Assembly: GCA_044225675.1 (NCBI GenBank)
Contig: JBGAIH010000022.1
Span: 6,018 to 70,017 of the forward strand
DNA from: Burkholderiaceae bacterium
Lineage (GTDB): Bacteria > Pseudomonadota > Gammaproteobacteria > Burkholderiales > Burkholderiaceae_C
Reading direction: 5' to 3'
Length of the DNA stretch: 64,000 bases
In this document: piece by piece, positions 9,587 through 19,512 of the stretch
Layout of the letters: each line of letters opens with the position of its first letter
How positions within the stretch are numbered: the first letter of the stretch is position 1
Made by a program: the position numbers and the translations under genes
Notes under the pieces: model-generated
The model's database searches: none
Told to the model about the DNA's origin: nothing
What the model saw: only the letters and a program-made list of their open reading frames with translations

Positions 9587-10998
9587 CAGAACCAGATGAA
9601 GGTGACAACCAGGAACAGCGGGATCAGGATGGCACCTGACCAGGCCATGTAGCCGAAGAAGCTCGGCATGCGCACGCCCCGTTCCTCGGCGATGGCCTTG
9701 ACCATGAGGTTGGGTGCATTGCCGATGTAGCTGTTGGCGCCCATGAACACGGCGCCGGCGGAGATCGCGGCAAGGGTGGGTGCGAGCGTGGTCATCAGAA
9801 CCTTCGGATCGCCGCCTGCGGTATTGAAGAACACGAGGTAGGTCGGTGCATTGTCCAGGAACGAGCTGAGGGCGCCGGTGGCCCAGAAGTACATCGCCGG
9901 GTTCGGCGTGCCGTCGGCGTTGGTCACCGCCGCGACCACGCCGCCGAACGCGCCGGCCGTGCCGGCGCGCAGCATGGCGATGACGGGAATGATGGTGAGG
10001 AAGATGCCGGCGAAGAGCTTGGCCACTTCCAGCATCGGCCCCCAGGAGAACTGGTTGGCCTCGTGAACCGACTTGGCGGTGATCGCCAGCGACATCAGCG
10101 TGACGGCGATCAGGCCGACGTCGCGCACCAGGCCGGGCAGGCCGACCGGTGTGCCCAGCACGTCGAAGGACACGGGCGACTTCCAGAAGCCGCTGAGCAG
10201 CACCAGGCCGATGACGGCGGCCAGCAGACCCAGGTTCGCCATGCCTTCAATGCCGACGCGGTGGGTGTCGGGCGTCGGATCCACCGGCAGCACGCCCTCC
10301 TGCTTGTAGTACCAGCTGTCGAGCGCGTAGAACAGTCCGAGCAGCACCGCGAGGCAGAACAGCGTCTCGGGGAAGATGTGGCTCACCGTCCAGAAGAAGT
10401 CCACGCCCTTGAGGAAGCCCAGGAACAGCGGCGGATCGCCCAGCGGCGTGAGCGAGCCGCCGATGTTGGAGACGATGAAGATGAAGAACACCACGATGTG
10501 CGCCGTGTGCTTGCGGTTGTCATTGGCGCGGATCAGCGGACGGATCATGAGCATCGAGGCGCCGGTGGTGCCCATGAAGCTGGCCAGCACCGCGCCGATG
10601 AACAGCAGCAGGGCATTGAGTCCGGGGCTGCCATGCAGGTTGCCGCGCACGAAGATGCCGCCGGCCACCGTGAACAGGGCCGTGAGCAGGATGATGAAGG
10701 GCAGGTATTCCGCCAGCAGGGCATGAACGAAACTCACGGCCGCCGCAGGCACGCCAAAGATGGCTGCGAACGGGATCAGGAAAGCGAGCGACCACGCGGC
10801 CGACACCTTGCCGAAGTGGTGGTGCCAGAAGCTGGGCACGAGCAGCGGCATCAGGGCGATCGACAGCAGCAGGCCTGCGAACGGGACGCCCCACGCTGCC
10901 GACAGCTTGCTGCCGTCCAGGTCAGCGGCCATCGCCTGCGAAGGCCACAGAACTGCCAGAGCGGCCAGCAGGCCGGCCAGTCTCCACCACGATTTCAT
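9586..10998 (-). CDS. ArsB/NhaD-superfamily ion transporter (annotated in relatives as sodium:proton antiporter)
   Basis: ORF track. Signal-like N-terminus and many TM segments, including GGSLTPLGDPPLFLGF. Confidence 0.7.
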   Translation of the reverse strand: MKSWWRLAGLLAALAVLWPSQAMAADLDGSKLSAAWGVPFAGLLLSIALMPLLVPSFWHHHFGKVSAAWSLAFLIPFAAIFGVPAAAVSFVHALLAEYLPFIILLTALFTVAGGIFVRGNLHGSPGLNALLLFIGAVLASFMGTTGASMLMIRPLIRANDNRKHTAHIVVFFIFIVSNIGGSLTPLGDPPLFLGFLKGVDFFWTVSHIFPETLFCLAVLLGLFYALDSWYYKQEGVLPVDPTPDTHRVGIEGMANLGLLAAVIGLVLLSGFWKSPVSFDVLGTPVGLPGLVRDVGLIAVTLMSLAITAKSVHEANQFSWGPMLEVAKLFAGIFLTIIPVIAMLRAGTAGAFGGVVAAVTNADGTPNPAMYFWATGALSSFLDNAPTYLVFFNTAGGDPKVLMTTLAPTLAAISAGAVFMGANSYIGNAPNLMVKAIAEERGVRMPSFFGYMAWSGAILIPLFLVVTFIWF

Positions 10999-11227
10999 GC
11001 ATGTCTCCGGTTGGGCCCCGGCGGCAGTCCGGGGATCAGGGGGCGGCGCCTCGAGTCCGACGGCCGCGTCGCAAAGAGTCGAAGTGTAGAGGATCGGTGT
11101 AGGCCGCTGACTACGCCGATCCGCCCGATGCGCCGACCCCGGTCAACTGGGTCCGGGGCTAGATTGGAGTCGTGCACGCGTCGCATCGTGCGACCCGGCA
11201 CGCGAGGCACTCAACCGGAGACTCACC

Positions 11228-11449
11228 ATGAATCAGGATCGCATCGAAGGCAACTGGAAGCAGTTCAAGGGCCGCGTCAAGGAACAATGGGGACGTCTGA
11301 CCGACGATGACATGGACGTCATCGCCGGACGCCGCGACCAGCTCCTCGGACGCATCCAGGAGCGCCACGGCGTGACGCTCGAGGAGGCCGAGGTCCAGAT
11401 CCGGGACTGGGAAAAGCGCAACCCCTCGTTCGTGTTCGAGAAATCCTGA
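11228..11449 (+). CDS. CsbD family stress protein
   Basis: ORF track. MNQDRIEGNWKQFKGRVKEQWGRLTDDD is the CsbD signature. Confidence 0.85.
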   Translation: MNQDRIEGNWKQFKGRVKEQWGRLTDDDMDVIAGRRDQLLGRIQERHGVTLEEAEVQIRDWEKRNPSFVFEKS

Positions 11450-11486
11450 CCACCGCCGCTCAACGCCGCGCAAGGGGGCGCCCGGG

Positions 11487-12230
11487 TCAGACCCAGCGCG
11501 TGAAGCCTTCGACCGGCTCGCGCGGCGTGTGCAGGCGATTGACCGTCGCAGCTTCGTCCGCATAGCCGAGCGACATCCCGCACACCAGCATCTCCTCGGG
11601 CGGCGCCCCGATGTGCGACATGACGATCGACTGGAATTCGTGCCAGGCGGCCTGCGGACAGGTGTGCAGGCCGCGGGCGCGCGCAGCGACCATGATCGCC
11701 TCCAGGAACATGCCATAGTCCAGCAGGCTGCCGCGCGCCAGGACACGGTCGATGGTGAACATCAGCCCCACCGGCGCATCGAAGAACCTGTAGTTGCGCT
11801 GGTGCTGCGCGTGCATCTTCTCCTTCTCGCCCTTCTGGATGCCCAGCAGCCCGTACAGGCTCCAGCCGTTCTCGCGACGCCGGTCGATGTACGGCGAGGT
11901 CCACTTCTGCGGGTAGTAGTCGAACTCCCGCCCGTAATTCGAAGCGAGCGAGGGGTCCTGGTAGACCTCCTCATGCGCCGCGCAGACCTTGTCCACCAGC
12001 GCATCCCGTGTCGCGCCCTGCAAAACGTAGACCTTCCAGGGCTGGGTGTTGGTGCCCGACGGCGCGCGGCTGGCCACACGCAGCACGTCGGCAATCAGCT
12101 CACGCGGGACTTCGCGAGGCAGAAAGGCGCGGGCAGAAAACCGGGTTTCGATGGCCAGGTCGACGCTGGCCGGATCCGACACCCTCGCCGACACGGCCTC
12201 GCCGGGCCCCACGCTGCCCGCACGCTCCAT
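11487..12230 (-). CDS. Nitroreductase family protein
   Basis: ORF 11487..12785 trimmed to ATG 12230, 15 bp after the upstream stop. RFSARAFLPREVP...APSGTNTQPW is typical of nitroreductases. Confidence 0.8.
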   Translation of the reverse strand: MERAGSVGPGEAVSARVSDPASVDLAIETRFSARAFLPREVPRELIADVLRVASRAPSGTNTQPWKVYVLQGATRDALVDKVCAAHEEVYQDPSLASNYGREFDYYPQKWTSPYIDRRRENGWSLYGLLGIQKGEKEKMHAQHQRNYRFFDAPVGLMFTIDRVLARGSLLDYGMFLEAIMVAARARGLHTCPQAAWHEFQSIVMSHIGAPPEEMLVCGMSLGYADEAATVNRLHTPREPVEGFTRWV

Positions 12231-12244
12231 GGGTCCGGCGGCGC

Positions 12245-12694
12245 TCACGACAGCTTCTCCAGCACTGCGCGCAGTTCGGCGGGCAGCGGCGCAGGTCGGC
12301 GCGACTCGCGGTCGACGTAGACGTGCACGAAGTGGCCCTTGGCCGCCGTCAGGGGCTCGCCCTGCACGAACAGACCCACTTCGTAGCGAACGCTCGAGTT
12401 GCCCAGCCGCGCGACGCGCAGCCCGCCCTCGACCACCTGCGGGAACTCCACCGGGGAAAAGTAGTTGCACTGGGTCTCGATCACGAGGCCGATGGTGCTC
12501 CCGCGATGGATGTCCAGCACGCCCTGCTCGATCAGGTGGGCGTTGACCACCGTGTCGAACCAGCTGTAGTAGACGACGTTGTTGACGTGGCCGTAGGCGT
12601 CGTTGTCCATCCAGCGGGTGCTGATGGTGCGGAACACCTTGTAGGCGCTGCGCGGCTCGGCCTCGGGTTTGGTGGCAGGGGCATTGGAAGTCAT
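12245..12694 (-). CDS. Acyl-CoA thioesterase (4HBT/YbgC-like hotdog)
   Basis: ORF 12245..12721; the ATG at 12694 forms an ATGA overlap with the upstream stop. The DNDAYGHVNNVVYYSWFD motif is present. Confidence 0.8.
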   Translation of the reverse strand: MTSNAPATKPEAEPRSAYKVFRTISTRWMDNDAYGHVNNVVYYSWFDTVVNAHLIEQGVLDIHRGSTIGLVIETQCNYFSPVEFPQVVEGGLRVARLGNSSVRYEVGLFVQGEPLTAAKGHFVHVYVDRESRRPAPLPAELRAVLEKLS

Positions 12695-13644
12695 CGCACC
12701 GGATTCTGCCAGCGCCGCCAATAAGCCGTGGCCACCCGGTAGGTGTTGACCTGCGCCTGGACGGTGTCCTCGATGCGCACGCCATAACCGCCGGCCATGG
12801 TCAGGGCCAGCGGGATGCGCCGCTGCCAGGCCCAGTCGAAGACCCGGCGGTCACGCGCCTCCAGGCCATCGTGCGTGAGCTTCAGGCGCCCCAGGCGATC
12901 CCCCTCGTGCGGGTCGGCGCCGGCCAGGTAGATCACGAGGCCCGGCTCGAAGCGCCGCTCCAGTTCATCCAGCGCCAGTTCCAGGGCGTGCAGGTAGGCG
13001 TCGTCGGTGCACCCATCGGGCAGGTCCACGTCGAGGTCGCTCGGCTCCTTGCGAAACGGGAAGTTCCTCGCGCCGTGCAGCGACAGGGTGAAGACACTCG
13101 GGTCATTGCGGAAGATGCTGGCGGTCCCGTTGCCCTGATGCACGTCGAGGTCCACCACCGCCACGCGTAGCGCCCGCCCGCGCCGCCCCAGCTCGGCCTG
13201 CATGAGACGGGCCGCCACGGCTGCATCATTGAACACGCAAAAGCCTCCGCCCTTGTCGGCATAGGCGTGGTGCGTTCCCCCTGCCAGATTGGCCGCCACA
13301 CCCTGTGCGGACGCGGTGCCTGACTCATGCAGCCCGAGCGCCACACGGCACGCCGCCAGCGTGGCGCCGACCGAGCGCCGCGCCCGCTCGGCCATCGCCG
13401 GGCTCCAGGGAAAGCCGATCTCGCGCTGCGCGGCCGGACTGAGAGTGCCCTCGGCCACCGCGCTGACATAGGCCGGAACATGGGCCAGCGCCAGTTCACC
13501 GTCACTGGCGCGCAGCGCCTGCATCAGGCGGACCTCGGGCACCTCGGCCGCCAGGCGATCACGCAGCAGCTGGTATTTGCCCATGGGAAAGCGGTGCCCG
13601 GGCGGGAGCGGCAGGACGAACTGATCGGCGTAGAAGGCAAGCAC
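12691..13644 (-). CDS. Histone deacetylase-family (acetoin utilisation/Zn deacetylase) protein
   Basis: ORF 12691..13782. Likely GTG start at 13644 ([21 protein letters not shown]). Motifs [19 protein letters not shown] and DLDVHQGNG are present. Confidence 0.8.
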   Translation of the reverse strand: MLAFYADQFVLPLPPGHRFPMGKYQLLRDRLAAEVPEVRLMQALRASDGELALAHVPAYVSAVAEGTLSPAAQREIGFPWSPAMAERARRSVGATLAACRVALGLHESGTASAQGVAANLAGGTHHAYADKGGGFCVFNDAAVAARLMQAELGRRGRALRVAVVDLDVHQGNGTASIFRNDPSVFTLSLHGARNFPFRKEPSDLDVDLPDGCTDDAYLHALELALDELERRFEPGLVIYLAGADPHEGDRLGRLKLTHDGLEARDRRVFDWAWQRRIPLALTMAGGYGVRIEDTVQAQVNTYRVATAYWRRWQNPVR

Positions 13645-13756
13645 GCCGCCATTGTGGCTTGGCGTGGCCTGGAGCGTCGCTGAAGCCTTGGCAGGGCGTC
13701 CCGGCGCCAGTAGGCGCCTGGAGGCGCCAGGATTTAGGGGTCCGCCTCCAGAATGT

Positions 13757-13827
13757 TGCACCGCAACAAAAACCGCTTGCAAATGCTCGGGATAACCCTA
13801 TACTTCCTTCCATGCTGCACTGCAACA
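13757..13827 (+). promoter_or_regulatory. Two TGC-rich direct repeats (TGCACYGCAACA) upstream of phaP; candidate PhaR sites
   Basis: tgcaccgcaaca at 13757-13768 and tgcactgcaaca at 13816-13827, with tgcaaatgc between them. Confidence 0.35.
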
Positions 13828-13880
13828 TGAATGGACCAGCGCAGTTATCTTCCTCACACCCTTTTACTGGAGATACGAAC

Positions 13881-14423
13881 ATGCTGACCGCCGAACAAAT
13901 CCTCGCTTCCCACAAAGCCAACGTCGAAACCCTCTTCGGCCTGACCACCAAGGCCTTCGCTGGCGTGGAAAAGCTGGTCGACCTGAACGTCACGGCCTCC
14001 AAGGCCGCCCTGGCCGAAGCCGCCGGCACCGCCCAGGCCGTGCTGAGCGTCAAGGACGCGCAGGAACTCCTGGCCCTGCAAGCCAGCCTGTTCCAGCCCC
14101 TGGCCGAAAAGACCACCGCCTACAGCCGTCATCTGTATGACATCGCCTCGGGCACCGGCGCCGAATTCGGCAAGGCCTTCGAAGACAAGGCCGCCGAAGC
14201 CCAGAAGGCTTTCGTGGGTCTGGTCGACAGCGCTGCCAAGAACGCCCCCGCCGGCTCCGAAACCGCCGTGGCCGTGATGAAGAGCGCCGTGGCCGCCGCC
14301 AACAACGCGTTCGAGTCCGTGCAAAAGGCTGTCAAGCAGGCCACCGACGTCGCCGAAGCGAACTTCGCTGCCGTGACCACCAGCGCCGTCAACGCCGCCA
14401 AGACGGCTTCCAAGAAGCGCTAA
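13881..14423 (+). CDS. phaP: Phasin (PHA granule-associated protein)
   Basis: ORF 13659..14423 trimmed to ATG 13881 (ggagatacgaacATG). Ala-rich helical protein; [36 protein letters not shown] is a typical phasin. Confidence 0.85.
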   Translation: MLTAEQILASHKANVETLFGLTTKAFAGVEKLVDLNVTASKAALAEAAGTAQAVLSVKDAQELLALQASLFQPLAEKTTAYSRHLYDIASGTGAEFGKAFEDKAAEAQKAFVGLVDSAAKNAPAGSETAVAVMKSAVAAANNAFESVQKAVKQATDVAEANFAAVTTSAVNAAKTASKKR

Positions 14424-14586
14424 GCCCAAGACTTGAAAAGAGGCCCTTCGCCGCCACTTTTCGTGGCGTGGGGCCCCTACCGTTCACGAGGCCTCTCAAC
14501 GATACTGGGTGCCATCGATACACCCCGTATCCACCGGTTGTCTCCTCGGGTCCTTTCGCAACCCTCAGGGTTCAGGGATCCCTTCA

Positions 14587-14616
14587 AGGCCCAGTCCTCC
14601 GACTGGGCCTTTTTTT
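14587..14616 (+). terminator. Rho-independent terminator, 164 nt downstream of the phaP stop
   Basis: Perfect 10-bp stem aggcccagtc / gactgggcct, loop ctcc, then T7. Confidence 0.8.
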
Positions 14617-14666
14617 ATGCGCGCCTCCCAGCGTCAATGCACGCCGCGTTGCAGCGGCGCTCGGCA

Positions 14667-15608
14667 TCACCGCGTGCGCGCCTCGATGGCACGGCGCAGC
14701 TCGGGCAAGGCCTGCTGCATGGCCTGGCGCCCCGCTTCGATGGCGCGGCGTCGTGCGCTGAAGTCGGCGCCGCGCAAGCCCGCCATCGAGGGACGAACCA
14801 CGACGTCGGCATCGCGCAGTTCATGGCTGTTGATGCTCTTGCCCATGATCGCGAAGGTCTGCAGCAGGATCTGCAAGGTGTCGCCAGCTGGATTGCCTTC
14901 CGGCGCGCTCGAAATGTCCACCGCGATCACCAGTTCCGCCCCCATCTGGCGCGCCTGCCGCACCGGCACCGGCGACACCAGGCCGCCGTCCACATAGTCG
15001 CGCCCGGCGATCCGCACCGGCACGAACACCGACGGTACCGCGCTCGACGCACGCACCGCACTGCCGGTGTCGCCACGCTGGAACAGCACGCCCTGGCCGC
15101 TGCCCAGGTCGGTCGCGAGAATCCCCAGAGGCATCGGCATGTCCTCAATCAGCCGGCCGCCGACCTGCGAATTCACGTAGCGTGCGAGGGCTTCGCCGCG
15201 CAGCACGCCCCGGTTGAACAGGGGCAGCGTCCAGTCGGTGAACGCGGCTTCCTCCATCGTGTCGGCCACCTGCTGGAGCTGCGCGCCGTTGCGGCCGCTC
15301 GCGTAGAGCGCCGCGACAAGGCTGCCGGCCGACGTGCCGGCGACGAGGTCCGGCCGGATGCCCGCCTCCTCCAGCACCTGGATCACGCCGACGTGAGCAA
15401 ACCCCCGCGCCGCGCCGCCGCCCAGTGCAAGGCCGATGCGCGGCGCACGGCGGGCCGCAGGCGGATTTGCAGGCGCGTCGACCACGGGCTGCCGGGCCGG
15501 CGGCGCGCTGGCACAGCCCATGAGCCCGGCCGCCAGGACCGCCCCAAGAATCCACACGAACAACGACAGGCGACGGGCCACGGCGGGCGGCAACGGGAGG
15601 TACTGCAT
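14667..15608 (-). CDS. Patatin-like phospholipase, probable lipoprotein
   Basis: ORF track. LMGC lipobox, GGGAARG oxyanion motif, GTSAG nucleophile elbow, DGG. Confidence 0.85.
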   Translation of the reverse strand: MQYLPLPPAVARRLSLFVWILGAVLAAGLMGCASAPPARQPVVDAPANPPAARRAPRIGLALGGGAARGFAHVGVIQVLEEAGIRPDLVAGTSAGSLVAALYASGRNGAQLQQVADTMEEAAFTDWTLPLFNRGVLRGEALARYVNSQVGGRLIEDMPMPLGILATDLGSGQGVLFQRGDTGSAVRASSAVPSVFVPVRIAGRDYVDGGLVSPVPVRQARQMGAELVIAVDISSAPEGNPAGDTLQILLQTFAIMGKSINSHELRDADVVVRPSMAGLRGADFSARRRAIEAGRQAMQQALPELRRAIEARTR

Positions 15609-15640
15609 GGCGGGATTATCGGAGCCCCGGATCGGCCATA

Positions 15641-15664
15641 ATTGACGTTTACGTAAACGTCAAT
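15641..15664. promoter_or_regulatory. Perfect 24-bp palindrome attgacgtttac|gtaaacgtcaat; candidate operator or 5-prime UTR hairpin
   Basis: Read directly from the sequence. It lies in the 69-bp patatin/SDR divergent gap and ends 14 bp before the SDR ATG. Confidence 0.5.
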
Positions 15665-15677
15665 CGAGGAGATCCAC

Positions 15678-16436
15678 ATGGACATTGCAGGCAAGGTATT
15701 CATCGTCACGGGCGGCGCTTCGGGCCTGGGCGAAGGCACGGCGCGGATGCTGGCGCAGCAGGGCGGCAAGGTCGTGATCGCGGACATGCAGGCCGACAAG
15801 GGCGAGGCCGTCGCCCGCGAGATCGGCGGCGTGTTCGTCAAGTGCGACGTCAGCAGCGAAGCCGACGGGCAGGCGGTCGTGGCCAAGGCCGTGTCGCTGG
15901 GCAAGCTGATGGGGCTGGTCAACTGCGCCGGCATCGCCCCCGCCGAAAAGACCGTCGGCAAGACCGGCCCGCATGCCCTCGCGGTGTACACCAAGACGAT
16001 CATGGTCAATCTGGTGGGCACCTTCAACATGATCCGCCTGGCGGCCGACGCCATGAGCCGCAACGAACCCGAGTCCACCGGCGAGCGCGGCGTGCTCATC
16101 TCCACCGCCTCGGTCGCCGCCTATGACGGCCAGATCGGCCAGGCCGCCTACAGCGCCTCCAAGGGCGGCGTGGTGGGCATGACGCTGCCGATCGCGCGCG
16201 ACCTGGCGCGCAGCGGCATCCGCAACATGACGATCGCCCCCGGCATCTTCGGCACGCCCATGCTGTTCGGCATGCCCAAGGAAGTGCAGGATGCGCTGGC
16301 CGCCAGCGTGCCCTTCCCCTCGCGCCTGGGCACGCCCGAGGACTATGCGCGCCTGGCGCGCCACATCTTCGAGAACGACATGCTCAATGGCGAAGTGATC
16401 CGCCTGGACGGCGCCATCCGCCTGGCACCGCGCTGA
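15678..16436 (+). CDS. 3-hydroxyacyl-CoA dehydrogenase type II / 3-hydroxy-2-methylbutyryl-CoA dehydrogenase (SDR)
   Basis: ORF track. [20 protein letters not shown]; overall HSD17B10-like layout. Confidence 0.85.
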   Translation: MDIAGKVFIVTGGASGLGEGTARMLAQQGGKVVIADMQADKGEAVAREIGGVFVKCDVSSEADGQAVVAKAVSLGKLMGLVNCAGIAPAEKTVGKTGPHALAVYTKTIMVNLVGTFNMIRLAADAMSRNEPESTGERGVLISTASVAAYDGQIGQAAYSASKGGVVGMTLPIARDLARSGIRNMTIAPGIFGTPMLFGMPKEVQDALAASVPFPSRLGTPEDYARLARHIFENDMLNGEVIRLDGAIRLAPR

Positions 16437-16643
16437 AGCCAGCCCCGGGTCGGCCACGACGGCGGCCCGGAGCACCTCGACCCCGGGCGCCCGGGTCGCC
16501 CGGTCGATCCAGTCGCAACAGCGACAAATCCCGGTGGTTTCCCCGGTTGGCAGCGCGCGGCGGCCGGCTACATTGGTGTGAGGCAAAAATCATTCACACA
16601 GCCGCATCCGGTCGCATCCCACGTTTGCTCCAGGAGACATCCA

Positions 16644-17630
16644 ATGACCCGCATTCCTGCCTCCCGCCGCCGCTTCATCGGCTCGGGCCTCGCCGCCGCA
16701 GCAGGCATCGCCCTGCCCTCGCTATCGCTTGCGCAGGCCTTTCCGAGCCGCCCGATCAAGCTCATCTGCCCCTGGCCTGCCGGCGGCTCGACCGACGCGG
16801 TCATGCGCTCGATCGCCGACAGCGCGGGCAAGGCGCTGGGCGGCTCCATGGTGGTCGAGAACAAGGCCGGCGCCAGCGGCATGCTCGGCCCCAACGAGCT
16901 GGTATCGGCCCGGCCCGACGGCTACACGCTGTCGCAACTGACCATCGGCGTGGTGCGCCTGCCCCACATGCAGAAGATGCAGTTCGACCCGCTCAAGGAC
17001 TTCACCTACATCGCCTGCCTCACGGGCTACACCTTCGGCATCGTCGTCAAGTCCGACTCGCCCATCAAGAGCATCAAGGACCTGGTCGACTACGCCCGGG
17101 CCAATCCCGGCAAGTTCGCCTATGGCTCGACCGGCAACGGCACCACGCCGCACCTGGCCGTGGAGGAGTTCGCGTCCAAGGCCAACATCAAGCTCCAGCA
17201 CATTCCTTTCAAGGGCAGCGCCGACGGCATGCAGGCGCTGCTCGGCGGCCACGTCATGGCGCACAGCGACGCCACCGGCTGGGCGCCGCACGTCGACGCG
17301 GGCACCTGCCGGCTGCTCGCCACCTACGGCAGCAAGCGCACCAAGCGCTGGCCCAACGTGCCCACGCTGCAGGAGCTGGGCTATGAAACGGTGTCCGACT
17401 CGCCCTTTGGCATCGGCGCGCCCAAGGGCATGGATCCGGCACTCACGCGCACGCTGCACGACGCCTTCCGCAAGACGCTGGACGACCCGGCGGTTCTCGC
17501 GACCTTCGACAAGTACGACCAGTCGGTGATCTACATGGATTCGGCGGCCTACGCGAAATTCGCGGCGGAGACCTTCGTCAAGGAAAAGGTATTGATCGAG
17601 CGCCTCGGCCTGGCGATGAAGGCGAGCTGA
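16644..17630 (+). CDS. Bug/TctC-family tripartite tricarboxylate transporter substrate-binding protein
   Basis: ORF 16578..17630 trimmed to ATG 16644 (aggagacatccaATG). Tat-like RRRF signal; FPSRPIKLICPWPAGGSTD. Confidence 0.85.
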   Translation: MTRIPASRRRFIGSGLAAAAGIALPSLSLAQAFPSRPIKLICPWPAGGSTDAVMRSIADSAGKALGGSMVVENKAGASGMLGPNELVSARPDGYTLSQLTIGVVRLPHMQKMQFDPLKDFTYIACLTGYTFGIVVKSDSPIKSIKDLVDYARANPGKFAYGSTGNGTTPHLAVEEFASKANIKLQHIPFKGSADGMQALLGGHVMAHSDATGWAPHVDAGTCRLLATYGSKRTKRWPNVPTLQELGYETVSDSPFGIGAPKGMDPALTRTLHDAFRKTLDDPAVLATFDKYDQSVIYMDSAAYAKFAAETFVKEKVLIERLGLAMKAS

Positions 17631-17657
17631 GACCGGGAGCCGCCCCCGGTCCACACC

Positions 17658-19304
17658 TCAGACGTCGATCGCGGCGGCCGAGCCGGCCTGCTTGCGCAGC
17701 TCGAACTTCTGGATCTTTCCGGTCGAAGTCTTGGGCAGCTCCCCGAACACCACGGCGGCCGGCACCTTGAAGCCGGCCAGGTGCTTGCGGCAGTGGGCGA
17801 CGATGTCCTCCGCGCGCGTCTGGGCGCCCGCCTTGAGCTCCACGAAGGCGCAGGGCCGCTCCCCCCACTTCGGGTCGGGCCGCGCCACCACGGCGGCGGC
17901 CAGCACGTCGGGGTGCCGGTAGAGCACGTCCTCCACCTCGATGGACGAAATGTTCTCGCCGCCCGAGATGATGATGTCCTTGCTCCGGTCCTTGATCTTG
18001 ATGTAGCCGTCGGGGTAGGCCACGGCCAGATCGCCGCTGTGGAACCAGCCGCCGGCAAAGGCTTCCTGCGTGGCCTTGGGGTTCTTGAGGTAGCCCTTCA
18101 TCGCGATGTTGCCCTTGAACATGATCTCGCCCATGGTCTCGCCGTCCTCGGGCACCGGCTGCATCGTCTCGGGGTCGAGCACCTTGACGTCGCGCTGCAG
18201 GTGGTAGCGCACCCCCTGGCGGGCATTCAGCCGCGCCCGCTCGCCGATGTCCAGGGCGTCCCAGGCCTCGTGCTTGGCGCACACCGTCGCAGGCCCGTAG
18301 ACCTCGGTGAGGCCGTACACATGCGTCAGGTCGAAGCCCATGCGCTCCATGCCCTCGATCATCGAGGCCGGCGGAGCCGCGCCCGCCACCATGGCCTTGA
18401 CGCCGCGCGGCAGACCGACCTTGAGTTCGTCGGGCGCGTTCACGAGCAGGCCGTGAACGATGGGCGCACCGCAGTAGTGGGTGACGCCATGCTCGCGGAT
18501 CGCGTCCAGAATGGCACGGGCCTCCACACGGCGCAGGCAGACGTTCACGCCCGCACGGGCCGCCAGCGTCCATGGAAAGCACCAGCCGTTGCAGTGGAAC
18601 ATCGGCAGCGTCCACAGGTAGACCGCGTGCTTGGGCATGTCCCACTCCAGGATGTTGGAGATGGCGTTGATCGCAGCGCCCCGGTGGTGGTAGACGACGC
18701 CCTTCGGATTGCCGGTGGTGCCGCTGGTGTAGTTGAGCGCGATCGCGTCCCACTCGTCGCCGGGCAGCTGCCACTCGAAGGTCGCGTCGCCGCCGGCCAG
18801 GAAGGCCTCGTACGTCTGGCTGCCGATGCGCTGCACGGTGCCGGTGAACAGCGGGTCCTCGACGTCGATGACACGCAGCGGGCGGCCGGACTGCCGCAGC
18901 GCGATGGCCTTGTGCATGACGGGAGCGAACTCGGGATCCACGATCACCGCCTTGGCCTCGCCGTGGTCGAGCATGAAGGCAATGGTCTCCGGGTCGAGAC
19001 GGGTGTTGAGCGCATTGAGCACCGCACCGGCCATGGGCACGCCGAAGTGCGCCTCGACCATCGGCGGTGTGTTGGGCAACATCACGGCCACGGTGTCGCC
19101 CTTTCCCACGCCCGCCCGCACCAGCGCGCTGGCGAGCTGGCGACACCGCGCGTAGACCTCGCCCCAGGTCCGGCGCAGCTCGCCATGCACCACGGCCAGC
19201 CGCTGCGGGTAGACCTGGGCGGTGCGCTCCAGGAACGACAGCGGCGTGATCGGCGCGAAATTGGCCTCGTTGCGGGGCAGGTCCTGGTCGAACAGGCGGC
19301 TCAT
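17658..19304 (-). CDS. AMP-binding acyl-CoA synthetase (medium-chain/DmdB-like)
   Basis: ORF 17658..19349 trimmed to ATG 19304 (aaggagacacgcATG). YTSGTTGNPKGV, GYGLTE-like YGLTEVYG, and SGGENISS. Confidence 0.85.
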   Translation of the reverse strand: MSRLFDQDLPRNEANFAPITPLSFLERTAQVYPQRLAVVHGELRRTWGEVYARCRQLASALVRAGVGKGDTVAVMLPNTPPMVEAHFGVPMAGAVLNALNTRLDPETIAFMLDHGEAKAVIVDPEFAPVMHKAIALRQSGRPLRVIDVEDPLFTGTVQRIGSQTYEAFLAGGDATFEWQLPGDEWDAIALNYTSGTTGNPKGVVYHHRGAAINAISNILEWDMPKHAVYLWTLPMFHCNGWCFPWTLAARAGVNVCLRRVEARAILDAIREHGVTHYCGAPIVHGLLVNAPDELKVGLPRGVKAMVAGAAPPASMIEGMERMGFDLTHVYGLTEVYGPATVCAKHEAWDALDIGERARLNARQGVRYHLQRDVKVLDPETMQPVPEDGETMGEIMFKGNIAMKGYLKNPKATQEAFAGGWFHSGDLAVAYPDGYIKIKDRSKDIIISGGENISSIEVEDVLYRHPDVLAAAVVARPDPKWGERPCAFVELKAGAQTRAEDIVAHCRKHLAGFKVPAAVVFGELPKTSTGKIQKFELRKQAGSAAAIDV

Positions 19305-19512
19305 GCGTGTCTCCTTTGTGGGTGCGGCAAGATTAGCGGCATTCACCAAGGCGATGCACTACGTAGAACTACCCAAGTCGGCGGGGCGCGCACCAGAGGT
19401 GCCGCCCCCGGGCCGCAGCCGCCGCGCGCCGACCCGGCCCATGGGGTTTGCACGACAATGCCGGTGTGGGCCGCACCCCGGTGACCCGCACCGCCCTTCT
19501 TTCCGCGAAACG

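Noticed and set aside
11487-12785. Track ORFs fusing or extending real genes upstream (11487..12785, 24179..25309, 26998..27927, 39368..40780, 41096..42802, 41896..43578, 57844..59277, 58862..59857)
   Set aside because: The N-terminal extensions are low complexity and overlap the preceding gene. Internal ATG/GTG starts with Shine-Dalgarno sequences or ATGA/TGATG coupling give proteins whose N-termini match their families.
13645-13782. ATG at 13782 as the start of the deacetylase
   Set aside because: The extra 46 aa are low complexity and intrude into the phaP control region. The family N-terminus ([14 protein letters not shown]) begins at the GTG at 13644. The longer form is not excluded.
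16576-16599. gtgtga-N12-tcacac dyad upstream of the first TTT receptor, considered as a CRP/FNR-type site
   Set aside because: The 12-nt spacer does not fit the TGTGA-N6-TCACA architecture. It may still be an operator for an unknown regulator, but I cannot support a call.
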